A stretch of 64,000 nucleotides of DNA from Nitrospirota bacterium (GCA_963737155.1 CAVTRN010000002.1:2944001-3008000), one strand, 5' to 3'; counted from the first letter of the stretch, positions 20,181-31,581 are shown. Notes: generated by a model from the letters alone, not told the origin. A program made the numbers and translations.

Positions 20181-21455
20181 ATGAAAAATATATTAGTATT
20201 CCCATGTGGTTCAGAAGTTGGGTTAGAAGTGAATCGTGCCTTGGCTGATTCAATGCACTTTACATTGTTTGGGGCAAATAGCATTGATGATCACGGTAAA
20301 TTTGTCTACAAAAATTATGCTGGAGGTCTTCCCTTTATAGACAGTCCCGCTTTTATAGAAGAATTGAATAAAGTCGTAGAACGATACAATATTGATTTTA
20401 TCGTACCAGCACATGATTCTGCTGTTGTTAACATGGCTGAAAATCAAGACATAATTAAGGCAACGGTAATTACATCTTGTAAGGAAACATGTAGAATTTG
20501 CAGATCAAAAGGGAAAACTTATGAGTTGTTTGAAAAGCTTATACCAACTCCGAAAGTTTATTCTAAAACCGAGAAAATGAGTTTCCCGATTTTTTTGAAG
20601 CCAGATGATGATCAAGGAACAAAAGGAACTTATAAGGTAAACACAATTGAGGAAGCCGAATTTTATTTAAAGAAAGACCCAACATTACTCGCATTAGAAT
20701 ATCTACCCGGGAAAGAATATACTGTCGATTGTTTTACAAATAAAAACGGGACCCTATTATTTATCGCAGGACGAGAAAGATCAAGGGTTAATAACGGCAT
20801 CAGTGTAAATTCAAAGGAGGTGACAGATGTTCGATTCCAAAAGATTGGAGAGATTATAAATAAGACACTATCATTTCGAGGTGTCTGGTTTTATCAGGTT
20901 AAAGAACGAGCCAGCGGCGAGCTTGTTTTAATGGAAATTGCTCCGAGAATTGCAGGAACAATGGCGCTATTTAGAGCAGACGGCGTTAACTTCATACAGT
21001 TAAGCTTATTTGACAGGATGGGAATTGGCGTAAGTTGTTTTCGCAACAATCTTGACATGGAAATAGATCGTGCTTTATTTGCAAGATATTCAATAAACCT
21101 GGATTATTCTTGCGTATATATTGACTTTGATGACACGGTCGTTATCAATAATTCGGTAAATACAAATATTATGATGTTTCTTTATCAGTCAAGAAACATG
21201 GGTAAAAAAATAGTTCTGCTTTCCAAGCATAAACAGGATGTTAAGGAGAGTCTGAAGACATTCGCAATTAGCGAGCTGTTGTTTGATGAAATATTTGTCT
21301 TGCGTGAAAACGAAAGGAAATGCGATTACATTACAAATATGAACGCTGTGTTTATTGACGATTCATTTGCGGAGCGAAAAGAAGTGTACGATAAATTGCA
21401 TATTCCTGTTTTTGCATTGGATGCGGTGGAATCATTATTGTTTTGGAAAGTTTAA
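20181..21455 (+). CDS. ATP-grasp protein with C-terminal HAD-like domain
   Basis: FLKP, EYLPGKEYTVD, MEIAPR; C-terminal YIDFDDT...FIDDSF. AT-rich. Confidence 0.8.
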   Translation: MKNILVFPCGSEVGLEVNRALADSMHFTLFGANSIDDHGKFVYKNYAGGLPFIDSPAFIEELNKVVERYNIDFIVPAHDSAVVNMAENQDIIKATVITSCKETCRICRSKGKTYELFEKLIPTPKVYSKTEKMSFPIFLKPDDDQGTKGTYKVNTIEEAEFYLKKDPTLLALEYLPGKEYTVDCFTNKNGTLLFIAGRERSRVNNGISVNSKEVTDVRFQKIGEIINKTLSFRGVWFYQVKERASGELVLMEIAPRIAGTMALFRADGVNFIQLSLFDRMGIGVSCFRNNLDMEIDRALFARYSINLDYSCVYIDFDDTVVINNSVNTNIMMFLYQSRNMGKKIVLLSKHKQDVKESLKTFAISELLFDEIFVLRENERKCDYITNMNAVFIDDSFAERKEVYDKLHIPVFALDAVESLLFWKV

Positions 21456-21586
21456 TCAGCCACTTGCCTTTTATGCTTAAAGTCAAGTCTAGCTTAGAGT
21501 GGACAGATTTGTCTGTAGTCTATGAAAGTTTCACTTTTCCAAAGTGGACTCATCGGAAATAGCCCTCCTTTTGGGGGTATAGTTCC

Positions 21587-21653
21587 GGTAACATTAATTA
21601 TGAGTCAACGATATAATTCAGGATTCACTTGGGTAACATTTATTGTGAGTCAA
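21587..21653. repeat. 22-bp direct repeat pair
   Basis: GGTAACATTAATTATGAGTCAA (21587-21608) and GGTAACATTTATTGTGAGTCAA (21632-21653), 20/22. Confidence 0.7.
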
Positions 21654-21903
21654 TTCGTGGTACAGAATTCTTTTTTGTATCATTGCATATTATGATAAAA
21701 TATCTCTGTTCAACGGCATCATCCTATAAAATTGGAGTTTCTTTTCTTAGCAACAATCAGGACTTCATCCCTATATTTATTAGCGCATTCCCTTATCAAC
21801 ATCTCATTCACATACTTTGCCTTGACAAGATCTTATCAGAGCATTGACATGATGATGCGCGAGGCATATAGTTGTCCTAAATTCAAGGCCGAGGGATGGC
21901 AAA

Positions 21904-22335
21904 ATGACTCTGTGGAAGACTCTGACAACATTGGATCAGCTAAAAGAGCGGGCAAAAAACACATTGATTGAACATGTCGGAATTGAATTTTTGGAGATTG
22001 GCGATGATTATCTGAAAGCAAAGATGCCGGTTGATCACAGGACAAGAACGCCGGATGGATTACTGCATGGCGGAGCATCCGTCGTATTGGCTGAAACCCT
22101 GGGAAGTATTGCGGGAGAACTATGCGTAGACAGTGATAAGGCTGCAATCGTAGGAATAGTAATAAACGCAAATCATGTGCATCCGGTAACCGGTGGGTGG
22201 GTGACCGGCATCGCGAAGCCAATTCATGTCGGAAAAACAACTCAAATATGGGAAATCAAGATTAATGATGAGCAGGACAATCTGATTTGTATTTCACGGC
22301 TCACAGCAGCAAACATCGATAGATCTCATCGCTGA
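21904..22335 (+). CDS. Hotdog-fold (PaaI/MenI-like) thioesterase
   Basis: MPVDHRTRTPDGLLHGGASVVLAETLGS. Confidence 0.9.
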   Translation: MTLWKTLTTLDQLKERAKNTLIEHVGIEFLEIGDDYLKAKMPVDHRTRTPDGLLHGGASVVLAETLGSIAGELCVDSDKAAIVGIVINANHVHPVTGGWVTGIAKPIHVGKTTQIWEIKINDEQDNLICISRLTAANIDRSHR

Positions 22336-23069
22336 TGCATCCGCTTTAAAAAAGTTCTAGATTGGTGCATTAGCGAACAAAATCTTCGGCAATAAATATA
22401 GTATATCCTTGAAAACCTGTTCAGCAGTGTCACAATTTTCGCATGATTCCCTTAGCGGCTTGTTCCTCTTATCGGCTGTTTAAGCTATTTAGGACCGCAC
22501 AGGCGTTTTCCGCTCTGTTTTAGTATTCGAGAAATTAGTCAGAGGTTCCGGGCTTCGGCTGCCCCTCCGAGATAGCCCGCTTGATGCAGTTCGTTGACAG
22601 ACGTTTCTTACACGTTTCTTGAAGGCAAGCTGATGAGTTCTGAAACTATTCGATGTCGTATACCGTACGCATCACTGCAGCTAGATCTCCGGGTGTCCAT
22701 TTTGTTGAGCGTAAAGCATTCGCCGTGAACGCCTCTTTTCTATTCCCGGCGCTGTTGATCATCCGAGCCGCCCTGATATACGGCTCATGGCGGCGTTTCC
22801 AGAGTCTATGAACGCAGTTGACACTACTAAAGTTCAGAAATATAGTTTGAACAGGCTATTTTTATTCAACACATCCGGTATATTACCGATGATGCATGTC
22901 GCACACTCAGCTATGCTTCTGGGTTGTAAGAAGTCCGACAAGATGAACGGGTCAATGCGCTTGTCGTGTATCGGTTAGGGTTTCGATTCTTGTGTACGTT
23001 TCAGGAGCTTTCGCCCCTCAGCAGCATCGGACACTCGCCCTGCTGGTGCGGAGCGGAAAGGGCAAGAAT

Positions 23070-25208
23070 ATGTCGGCCTTTAGCTATGAGCTGAATAAAG
23101 ACGGCATTGCAATACTTATCTTCGACCTGCCCGGAGAAAAGGTCAATAAATTCACCGGCAGCGTCATAAGAGATTTCGACGAAATACTCGATAGCATAGC
23201 TGCCCGGACTGATGTCAAGGCGCTCGTAATCCGGAGCGGCAAAGAAGGGCACTTCAGCGCGGGCGAAAACGTCGCCGAGATACGAGACATCAGAGACGCG
23301 AAAATGGGAGAGGCGTTTTCCCGCAAAGGACAAGCCTTATTTGCCAAATTAGCTGCCCTGCCATTTCCGACCGCGGCCGCGATCCACGGCCCATGCATGG
23401 GGAGCGGCCTCGAACTGGCCCTTGCCTGTTCCTACCGGATCATCAGCAACGATCAACATACCGTGCTGAGTATGCCCGAGGTCAAACTCGGAGTCATTCC
23501 GTGTGCCGGCGGTACGCAGAGGCTCCCGCGGTTAACCGGACTCTTGAACGCTCTCGATATAATCTTGAGTGGAAAATCAGTTTCCTGGAAACAGGCGATA
23601 CAGATAGGCCTCGCGGACGAAGCGGCCTCCAAAGAACTGATCGTGAGCCGCTCAATTGATCATGTGCAGAAGGCTCAAGGCAGTCCTCGTCGCCACGGCG
23701 TGACGGCAAAAAGGCCGCTTTTCATAAGGATGTTAGAAAGCGCTCCCCTGACCAGACTGATCATTTACAACACGACAACAAAAAACGTGCTCGCGGAGAC
23801 CCGTGGCCACTTCCCAGCGCCTCTTGCCGCGCTCAAGGCAATCCGCACCGGGATCGAGGAGGGTGCCGCTGCGGGCTACCGCATCGAGTCCAGGCTTTTC
23901 GGGGAGCTCGCAGGAGCGGAAATTTCGAAGAATCTCATTTCGATATTCTATCTGAACAAGCTGTTGCAGCGGGACCCGCAACCATCGGCGGCCAAAATCA
24001 GCCGGGTCGGGATCATCGGAGCGGGGGTCATGGGCGGTGGCATCGGCCAGTTAATCGCCGAAAAGGGATTACAAGTCAGAATGAAGGATATCAGCACGGA
24101 TTACGTGGAAGCGGGATTGCGAAAAGCGGCGGAAATCTTTACGAAGCGGCGAGATAAGGGCATTCTCGACCCACGCCAAACGCGGGAGGGGTTAGACAGG
24201 ATAACGGGGACCACGGACTACTCAGGATTTCACAACGTGGATTTGGTCATAGAGGCGGTCGTCGAGAACATGGAAGTGAAAAAGACAGTCCTCGGGGAGT
24301 TCGAGCAGGCGGCGAATGAAATCGCTATGTTCGCCTCGAACACCTCATGCCTGCCAATCACGGAGATAGCGATGGCATCGAAGCGCCCGGAACTGGTAGT
24401 GGGTATGCACTTCTTCAATCCTGTGGAAAAGATGCTGCTAGTCGAAGTGATTCGGGGAGAAAAAACGTCAAATGAGACCGTCTCGGCTATCGCGACGCTC
24501 TCGCGCAAGCTCGGCAAGCTTCCTGTTATCGTCAATGACGGTCCTGGTTTTCTCGTCACGCGCATCTTGATGCCCTATCTCGGGGAGGCCATTGCCATGC
24601 TTGAAGAAGGTAGTAAAATTGAGGATATCGATTCATCGCTACTGAAGTTCGGTATGCCGATGGGCGCATTCATTATGCTCGATGAAATCGGGATAGACAT
24701 CGTGAAGAAGATTACCGACATCCTTCACCGCTATTACGGCGAGCGCATCCAACCCTCTCCCCTGCTCGAAAAGTTACATGGAGCAGGATACTATGGCAGA
24801 AAGAACGGCAAAGGCTTTTACCGATACACTGGGAGGAGACGAGGTAGGCCGGACCTCACAATCTACACCCACACGGGAGCGGGCACAGGTGTTCGATCAA
24901 GGCCGGAAGAGATCGTAGATCGTGCGGTATTGCAAATGATAAAAGAATCCGCACTTTGCCTGGAGGACAGGATCATCGACCGACCCGACCTCCTTGACGC
25001 AGCGCTCATCTTCGGTCTCGGCTTCCCCACCTTCCGCGGCGGTCTGCTCAGGTATGCGGATAAACTCGGACCACGGGCCATCGTGGAGAAGCTGAAAGAG
25101 CACGAACAAAAGTACGGCAAGCGGTTTACCCCACCGGAATCGCTAGTGGTCATGGCTGAAACGGGCAAAGGGTTTTACGAGATGGGGAATTTGGCATCCA
25201 TGGCTTAA
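23070..25208 (+). CDS. Multifunctional enoyl-CoA hydratase/3-hydroxyacyl-CoA dehydrogenase (FadJ/FadB-like)
   Basis: Crotonase GLELALAC, PEVKLG; HAD GAGVMGGGI, IEAVVE, ASNTS, GMHFFNPV. Confidence 0.93.
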   Translation: MSAFSYELNKDGIAILIFDLPGEKVNKFTGSVIRDFDEILDSIAARTDVKALVIRSGKEGHFSAGENVAEIRDIRDAKMGEAFSRKGQALFAKLAALPFPTAAAIHGPCMGSGLELALACSYRIISNDQHTVLSMPEVKLGVIPCAGGTQRLPRLTGLLNALDIILSGKSVSWKQAIQIGLADEAASKELIVSRSIDHVQKAQGSPRRHGVTAKRPLFIRMLESAPLTRLIIYNTTTKNVLAETRGHFPAPLAALKAIRTGIEEGAAAGYRIESRLFGELAGAEISKNLISIFYLNKLLQRDPQPSAAKISRVGIIGAGVMGGGIGQLIAEKGLQVRMKDISTDYVEAGLRKAAEIFTKRRDKGILDPRQTREGLDRITGTTDYSGFHNVDLVIEAVVENMEVKKTVLGEFEQAANEIAMFASNTSCLPITEIAMASKRPELVVGMHFFNPVEKMLLVEVIRGEKTSNETVSAIATLSRKLGKLPVIVNDGPGFLVTRILMPYLGEAIAMLEEGSKIEDIDSSLLKFGMPMGAFIMLDEIGIDIVKKITDILHRYYGERIQPSPLLEKLHGAGYYGRKNGKGFYRYTGRRRGRPDLTIYTHTGAGTGVRSRPEEIVDRAVLQMIKESALCLEDRIIDRPDLLDAALIFGLGFPTFRGGLLRYADKLGPRAIVEKLKEHEQKYGKRFTPPESLVVMAETGKGFYEMGNLASMA

Positions 25209-25316
25209 TACTTTCCATTCACAGCAGATGAGACTCACCACACAGATATCCTGGCCCGCGACGATTGGATCGTCGGCGCGGAGCGAAAATCTTGAGAGCA
25301 TTCTATAATGCCGCCG

Positions 25317-26498
25317 CTAAGGAACAACCTTCCCAGCCTTGAGAACCATCCTTGCGATCAGGAGCCGCAGTATTTCAGACGTGCCTTCAACGAGGGTTAG
25401 CATCCTCGCGTCCCTCCAGTGGCGGTGAATGTCGCAGGGATCGGTGTAACCATACCCTCCATGAATCTGCATGGCGGCATCGCACGTTCTTTGCGCCATT
25501 TCCGATGAGAAAAGCTTTGCTTGCGCGGCTTCGCTTGCAAACGCTTCACCCCGATCCTTAAGAGCCGCGGCATGATACGTTAGGAGTCGGCTCGCGTGGA
25601 TTTCCGTTGCCATATTCGCGATCTTCTCCTGGGTAAGCTCAAAATCGCCGATGCTTCTACCGAAGGCCTTCCTCCTTACGCTGTACGAACACGCCTTCTC
25701 GAATGCCGCCTGGGCGATACCGACGCCGATTGCCGCTATCGAAATCCTCCCGAAGTTGAGGATCTGCTTCGCGTACTCCATCCCCTTGCCTTCCTCGCCG
25801 AGGAGATATTCTCGCGGCACGGTACATCGATCGAGCTTGATAGCGGAGAGATGATTGCCCCTGATCCCAAGCTTTGGGATGGTCTCCAAGACTGTCAGGC
25901 CTGGTGTTGCCTTCGGGACGAGAAAGGCCGAGATATTCGCGCCGGTTTGAGCAAAAATCAGGACTACATCGGCATCCCCAGGATTGCTGATCAGCATTTT
26001 GCTACCGCTGAGGAGGTACGTTGTTCCTGATTGCTCAGCTCTCGTTTGGAGGGCTTTAGCGTCTGTCCCGCAGCAGGGTTCAGTGAGAGCAAAGGCGATA
26101 AGACCCTTTCCTTCAAGGAGGCCTCTATCTATAAGGAACGTTTGCTTCTGCTGGGCTGTGCCAAACAAGCGGATGCCCTCGCAGGTCATTACGTGAACCG
26201 AAATGGGAAGGGCAGTATTAGAGCAAGCCTTTGCGAGCATTTCCATCACGGCGATGTACACCACCATCGGAAACCCTCGTCCTCCATGCTCTAGGGGAAA
26301 CGGGAGGGCTGTTACGCCGTAAGCAGCTATTGTTTCGAGATTCTTTACCGGAAAGAGCTCAATCCGATCTGTCGCCTTAGCATCAGGCAGGATCATATGC
26401 TCAAAGAGATCTCCCAAGCGCTCGAGCAGTTCGTGGTATTTGCCTGGCTCAGAAAAGAGCATTGAAATGAAGTTTCTCTGATCAGCTGTGTAAAACAT
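25317..26498 (-). CDS. Acyl-CoA dehydrogenase (short/branched-chain type)
   Basis: FALTEP, GSKMLISN, QIHGGYGY, EGTSEI. Start could be the upstream TTG at 26543. Confidence 0.92.
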   Translation of the reverse strand: MFYTADQRNFISMLFSEPGKYHELLERLGDLFEHMILPDAKATDRIELFPVKNLETIAAYGVTALPFPLEHGGRGFPMVVYIAVMEMLAKACSNTALPISVHVMTCEGIRLFGTAQQKQTFLIDRGLLEGKGLIAFALTEPCCGTDAKALQTRAEQSGTTYLLSGSKMLISNPGDADVVLIFAQTGANISAFLVPKATPGLTVLETIPKLGIRGNHLSAIKLDRCTVPREYLLGEEGKGMEYAKQILNFGRISIAAIGVGIAQAAFEKACSYSVRRKAFGRSIGDFELTQEKIANMATEIHASRLLTYHAAALKDRGEAFASEAAQAKLFSSEMAQRTCDAAMQIHGGYGYTDPCDIHRHWRDARMLTLVEGTSEILRLLIARMVLKAGKVVP

Positions 26499-26532
26499 GT
26501 ATTCTCTCGCTTTGATAATTTCTCTATCGCTT

Positions 26533-27699
26533 CTATCTCTCAATAATCATCGCGACCGCATTGCCGCCGCCTAAGCAAAGGGTTACGAGCCCTCTCTTGA
26601 GGCCTGTTTCCTTCAAAGCATGAATCAGCGTTACAAGGATTCGTGCGCCACTACATCCTATGGGATGTCCCAAGGCAACAGCACCACCGCGAATATTGAA
26701 TTTCTCAGGATCAATGCGCAATGCCCGTGAGACCGCAATTGATGCGGTAGCATAGGCCTCATTGTGCTCGGTCAGATCGATTTGGTCTATGGTAAAGCCG
26801 GTTCTGGCAAGGAGTTTCTGGACCGTCGGGATCGGGGCCTCCATCACATCCTCGGGTTTTGTGCCGCCCGTCGTATAGTCTATTATACGCGCGAGTGGTT
26901 CAAGGCCCAATGACCGTGCTGCGCTGACTGAAGCGACAACCAGCGCGGCAGCGCCGTCACTCAGCTTGCAGCTGTTTCCTGCTGTAAGGATACCACCTCT
27001 CTTGAACACAGAAGGAAGCGCCGCGAGCTTCTCCAGTGAGCTATCGGACCGGACGCACTCGTCAGTATTGAAGGAGCCACCCTGAATATCAACAGGCAGT
27101 ATCTCTTCCTTGAATTTCCCCTCTTGAATGGCGCGTGCCGCCTTTCTATTGCTCTCCAGGGTGAACATGTCCGCTTCCACACGGGTGATACCGAATTTCT
27201 CTGCAACTCTCTCCCCAGTCATCCCCATGAGATATTCGTTGTAGACATCCCATAACCCGTCGCAGAGCATAGAGTCAATCATTGACGTATCACCGAATTT
27301 CATTCCCCACCGGATGTTTCTGACCAGGTAGGGGGCAGCGCTCATGTTTTCCATGCCGCCAGCTACGATCAAGTCTGCATCGCCAGCTCGTATAGCCTGG
27401 GCGGCGAGCATGACCGCCTTTAGTCCAGATCCGCATACTTTATTAATCGTCACGGAACCCGATTCGAAAGGGACTCCTCCATATATTGCGGCCTGACGTG
27501 CAGGATTCTGCCCCAAACCGGTAGAGAGCACATTCCCCATGATTACCTCATCTACCTGTGCTGCACGTATGCCTGCCCGCTTGATCGCTTCCGCTATGAC
27601 AAGGGCACCAATCCGCGGCGCAGGGACATCCTTCAAAGACCCACCGAACCTACCGATCGCCGTCCTCACTGCGCTGATTATAACAGCATCATCTGCCAT
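26533..27699 (-). CDS. Acetyl-CoA C-acyltransferase (thiolase)
   Basis: NKVCGSG, NEAYA, GHPIGCSG, CLGGG. Confidence 0.95.
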   Translation of the reverse strand: MADDAVIISAVRTAIGRFGGSLKDVPAPRIGALVIAEAIKRAGIRAAQVDEVIMGNVLSTGLGQNPARQAAIYGGVPFESGSVTINKVCGSGLKAVMLAAQAIRAGDADLIVAGGMENMSAAPYLVRNIRWGMKFGDTSMIDSMLCDGLWDVYNEYLMGMTGERVAEKFGITRVEADMFTLESNRKAARAIQEGKFKEEILPVDIQGGSFNTDECVRSDSSLEKLAALPSVFKRGGILTAGNSCKLSDGAAALVVASVSAARSLGLEPLARIIDYTTGGTKPEDVMEAPIPTVQKLLARTGFTIDQIDLTEHNEAYATASIAVSRALRIDPEKFNIRGGAVALGHPIGCSGARILVTLIHALKETGLKRGLVTLCLGGGNAVAMIIER

Positions 27700-28298
27700 G
27701 GCTCCCCCCATACAGTTGTTTCAATTAGTATATACCATTCCCAGGCGAAATGTGATCCTGACAGGTAAGCCGAATAATGATTTTTTTGAAAATCTCAAAC
27801 GACTTTTGGACAATTTTTTGTCATAGTAGTGATAGGAGCAGATAGAATATATAATACCTAAATCCGGCGACAAAGGAATTGCCAAATGAATTCGTGGATG
27901 TCAGTGCCTATGAAGCCAATTTCTCATTGCGTCATTCTCATAAAATAAAGAATGCAAATCGCACCGCATTGCGCATGCTCACGCCGGATCGGATTAAAAA
28001 TTTCTGATATGCCGTGGTTCGTAGTCCTGTTTCTAACCAGGAAAACACCGTTCAATGGATTACGCCACGTTCACGCTTAGTCGTCATATCTAGACATCAA
28101 ACGTTTTATTCTATTGATAACAAATTGCGAGTGAGCTATGCGGGGAAATGATTTCCATGAACGATTACGATAAGGTTAGCCCCTATCAAGCTTTTCGGCT
28201 GGTTCTTCCCAGCCCGTGAATCATCTGCACGCTACCAATAATTATGAACAGTTCTCGTTCATTGATGGTATATTCTAAGTAGGAATGAGGAGGCAGCC

Positions 28299-29975
28299 AT
28301 GGCTGGAAAAAATCCAAGGACACGCATCGCTGAGAAGAAGCGCTGGATTCGAGATACGCTCAAGCCGAGCCTTCGTCAAGTACCGGAGCGGCTCCCTGCC
28401 TTCAGCACCACGTCTGGTCTTGAGATCGATGAACCGCTCTATACGCCCGCCGACATCGAGGATACGGATTACGTAAAAAACCTGGGGTTCCCCGGAGAGT
28501 ATCCCTTTACTCGTGGCATTTATCCTTCCATGTACCGGGGCCAACTCTGGACCCTGCGCGAATTTTCTGGATATGGCACGGCAACGCAGACGAACAGGCG
28601 GTTCAAATACCTCCTCAAAAAGGGCGAGACCGGCTTAAGCGTTGCCTTTGACCTTCCCACGCTCATGGGATACGATTCGGACCATCCTCTTTCGAAGGGT
28701 GAAGTCGGTAGGTGTGGCGTCGCAATTGATTCACTTGCCGATATGGAAGACCTATTTAAGGACATCCCGCTCGGCAAAATCACGACCTCGATGACAATCA
28801 ACGCGCCGGCAGCGATTATCTTGGCTATGTATATCGCGTCGGCCCAGAAACGGAGGATCCCGCTCACGCAGCTCGGCGGAACCATCCAGAATGACATCTT
28901 GAAGGAGTATATCGCACAGAAGGAATGGATATACCCGCCGGAACCGTCTATCCGGCTCATCACCGATACGATCGCCTACTGCTTGGAACGGGTACCCAAG
29001 TGGCATCCCATTAGCATAAGCGGATACCACATCCGCGAGGCGGGCTCCACTGCAGTGCAGGAGCTGGCCTTTACCCTTGCCGATGGACTGACCTACGTTG
29101 ATGCCTGCATCAAAGCCGGCCTAAAGATCGATGATTTCGCGGAAAGGCTCTCTTTTTTCTTTAATTCGCACAACGATTTCTTCGAGGAAATAGCGAAGTT
29201 CCGGGCGGCGCGCAGAATTTGGGCGCGTGAGATTACTGAGCGCTATCACACGAAAGACCCTCGCCTGGCCCGGCTCAGATTCCATACACAAACTGCGGGC
29301 TGCTCCCTTACGGCACAACAGCCGTACAATAATATCGTGCGTACCACAATTCAGGCCCTTGCAGCCGTGCTCGGAGGGACCCAGTCCCTGCACACGAATT
29401 CCATGGACGAGACGCTCGCCCTTCCGACGGAGCACGCCGTCACCATTGCGCTTCGGACACAGCAGGTCATTGCTCACGAGAGCGGCGCGGCAAATACCAT
29501 CGATCCCCTCGGAGGTTCCTACTTCGTCGAGGCATTGACTAATAAAATAGAAGAAGGGGTCTATACCTACTTCCAGAAGATCCAGGAGCTAGGGGGAATG
29601 GTAGAGGCTATTGGTCAGGGATTCCCACAGCGCGAGATCGCGAAGAGTGCACAAGGGTACCAGCAGGCCATCGAAAAAAAAGAAAAGATAATCGTCGGGC
29701 TAAATGAGTACATTGAGAAGGATGAGAGGATCGAAACCCTGAAGATTGGGTCTGAAACCGAAAAAAAACAGGTCAGGACCGTGAAAAAGATCCGGGAAAA
29801 AAGGGATCAGAAACGATGGCAGTTATCCTTGAGCAAACTGCAAGCTGCAGCGCGAACCAGGGTCAACCTCATGCCGCTCATCATCGATGCGGTCAGAGCG
29901 TACGCCACGGTGGGCGAGATTTCAAGCGCCCTGAAAGAGGTCTTCGGTGAGTACAGGGAACCGTCGCTATTCTAA
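28299..29975 (+). CDS. icmA: B12-dependent acyl-CoA mutase large subunit, isobutyryl-CoA mutase type
   Basis: [26 protein letters not shown]; specificity positions REFSGY (Phe) and KEYIAQKEW (Gln). Confidence 0.8.
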   Translation: MAGKNPRTRIAEKKRWIRDTLKPSLRQVPERLPAFSTTSGLEIDEPLYTPADIEDTDYVKNLGFPGEYPFTRGIYPSMYRGQLWTLREFSGYGTATQTNRRFKYLLKKGETGLSVAFDLPTLMGYDSDHPLSKGEVGRCGVAIDSLADMEDLFKDIPLGKITTSMTINAPAAIILAMYIASAQKRRIPLTQLGGTIQNDILKEYIAQKEWIYPPEPSIRLITDTIAYCLERVPKWHPISISGYHIREAGSTAVQELAFTLADGLTYVDACIKAGLKIDDFAERLSFFFNSHNDFFEEIAKFRAARRIWAREITERYHTKDPRLARLRFHTQTAGCSLTAQQPYNNIVRTTIQALAAVLGGTQSLHTNSMDETLALPTEHAVTIALRTQQVIAHESGAANTIDPLGGSYFVEALTNKIEEGVYTYFQKIQELGGMVEAIGQGFPQREIAKSAQGYQQAIEKKEKIIVGLNEYIEKDERIETLKIGSETEKKQVRTVKKIREKRDQKRWQLSLSKLQAAARTRVNLMPLIIDAVRAYATVGEISSALKEVFGEYREPSLF

Positions 29976-30372
29976 GAAAAAAATCCGTGTGCTTCTTGCC
30001 AAGGCGGGGCTCGACGGTCATGACCGGGGGCTCAAGGTCATCGCAATGGCGCTCCGCGACGCAGGCATGGAGGTCATCTATCTGGGCCTCAGACGGACCG
30101 CAGAAGAGATCGTCAATGCCGCTGTCGAGGAGGATGTCGACGTCGTCGGGATAAGTCTCCTCTCCGGAGCGCACACTGTCCTCTTTCCGCAGATAGTAGC
30201 GCTCATGAAGGCGAAGGGATTGAAGGACACGCTGCTTATCGGTGGCGGCATCATTCCCGGAGAGGACATAGCGATGCTTAGAAAAGAGGGGGTCGCGGCA
30301 GTATTCACGCCCGGAGCCAGTACCGAAGATATTGCACGGTTCATCAAGTCGGCCGTAAAGAAACAACGGTAG
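29947..30372 (+). CDS. icmB: Cobalamin-binding small subunit of the mutase
   Basis: GLDGHDRG (DxHxxG), [18 protein letters not shown]. Confidence 0.85.
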   Translation: MSTGNRRYSKKKIRVLLAKAGLDGHDRGLKVIAMALRDAGMEVIYLGLRRTAEEIVNAAVEEDVDVVGISLLSGAHTVLFPQIVALMKAKGLKDTLLIGGGIIPGEDIAMLRKEGVAAVFTPGASTEDIARFIKSAVKKQR

Positions 30373-30472
30373 TCCCGTTCTCCGGGAATAATAAGTGTTT
30401 CCTTCGCGGATATGGCGCACCAGATGTCCATGAAAGATTTTTTCGAATAGAGTGGATCTGTAATCAAAAGAA

Positions 30473-31261
30473 ATGGACAAACTCATTTACGAACTTTTAC
30501 GCGGGAGTAAAGCGGCCGCAGCCCAACTCATTTCGATCGTTGAAAACAACGAAGCAAGTGCCCGGTACTTCATGAAGGAAGTCAAGCCGTATACCGGCAA
30601 GGCTCGGCTCATCGGCATTACTGGTACGCCAGGCAGCGGCAAGAGCACCTTGATCAATACTTTGACCGGAGTTCTCAGGAAAAAGAAAAAAAAAGTTGGC
30701 GTCATTGCGATCGACCCCACAAGTCCATTGACGGGGGGAGCACTTTTGGGAGACCGGATCAGAATGCACAGCCACTTCAGGGATTCGGGAGTCTTTATCC
30801 GAAGCATGGCGACTCGCAAAGGTACAGGCGGGCTCTCCCAGACCGCAGGAGACGCCGCTGCGATACTCGATGCCTTCGGAATGGATATCGTATTTATCGA
30901 GACAACCGGCGTCGGCCAAAACGAAACTGCAATTCGGAACTTTGCGAATATAGTAGTTGTGGTGATTACCCCAAACCTGGGAGATGAAATTCAGATGATG
31001 AAAGCCGGCCTTATGGAAATTGGCGACATTTTTGTGGTCAACAAAGGAGACTTGCCGATTGCGGAACGGAAGGCGCAAGAGATTGAAGACATCCTTCGCC
31101 TGCTCCCGAGCGGACGGGGGCGGCCACCCGTCGTCATTACTACTGCTGGTGAAGAAGTGGGAATCAAACGATTGCTGGAAGAATTAGAAAAAGCAGGCAA
31201 CGTTCTCGTCACAGATGATGTCAAAGAGTTTAAGCGGACAAAGAAACTTGATCGTAAATGA
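30473..31261 (+). CDS. meaB: MeaB/ArgK G-protein chaperone
   Basis: GTPGSGKS, IDPTSPLTGGALLGDRIRM, ETTGVGQ, NKGD. Confidence 0.93.
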   Translation: MDKLIYELLRGSKAAAAQLISIVENNEASARYFMKEVKPYTGKARLIGITGTPGSGKSTLINTLTGVLRKKKKKVGVIAIDPTSPLTGGALLGDRIRMHSHFRDSGVFIRSMATRKGTGGLSQTAGDAAAILDAFGMDIVFIETTGVGQNETAIRNFANIVVVVITPNLGDEIQMMKAGLMEIGDIFVVNKGDLPIAERKAQEIEDILRLLPSGRGRPPVVITTAGEEVGIKRLLEELEKAGNVLVTDDVKEFKRTKKLDRK

Positions 31262-31581
31262 TCGGAACGCGCAGTTTCTATCTGTCGTCCACCCTGATTT
31301 TCGGCATACCTATAAGTGTTAACTTATAAGGAGAAAATTCGAAGTCTCTACTCGTTGCCCAAAAATATCGATACGGCAATAATCTAATTGCGAAGGCCTC
31401 CAGCATTATCTATGCTCCAAGCAATAAAAGTGCGGAATAGCTGGTATAGCGAGGCATGCCGTGTGCTGTATTACCCGACTCACAGACGAAACCGGAGACT
31501 CGGCAATCGAAGGCCCGATGTCGCGCGTATATTTCAGCAGTTTCCCCACCGGATCATTTCCCAACTATGCAACGTCGACAA

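Noticed and set aside
21587-21653. CRISPR array
   Set aside because: Only two repeat units and no cas genes; no array was seen anywhere in the window.
22540-22800. Ankyrin-like remnant (YAQQNGHPEI) on the minus strand
   Set aside because: Too short and degraded to support.
27720-28298. Cobalamin riboswitch ahead of the B12 mutase
   Set aside because: No recognisable B12-box or conserved core.
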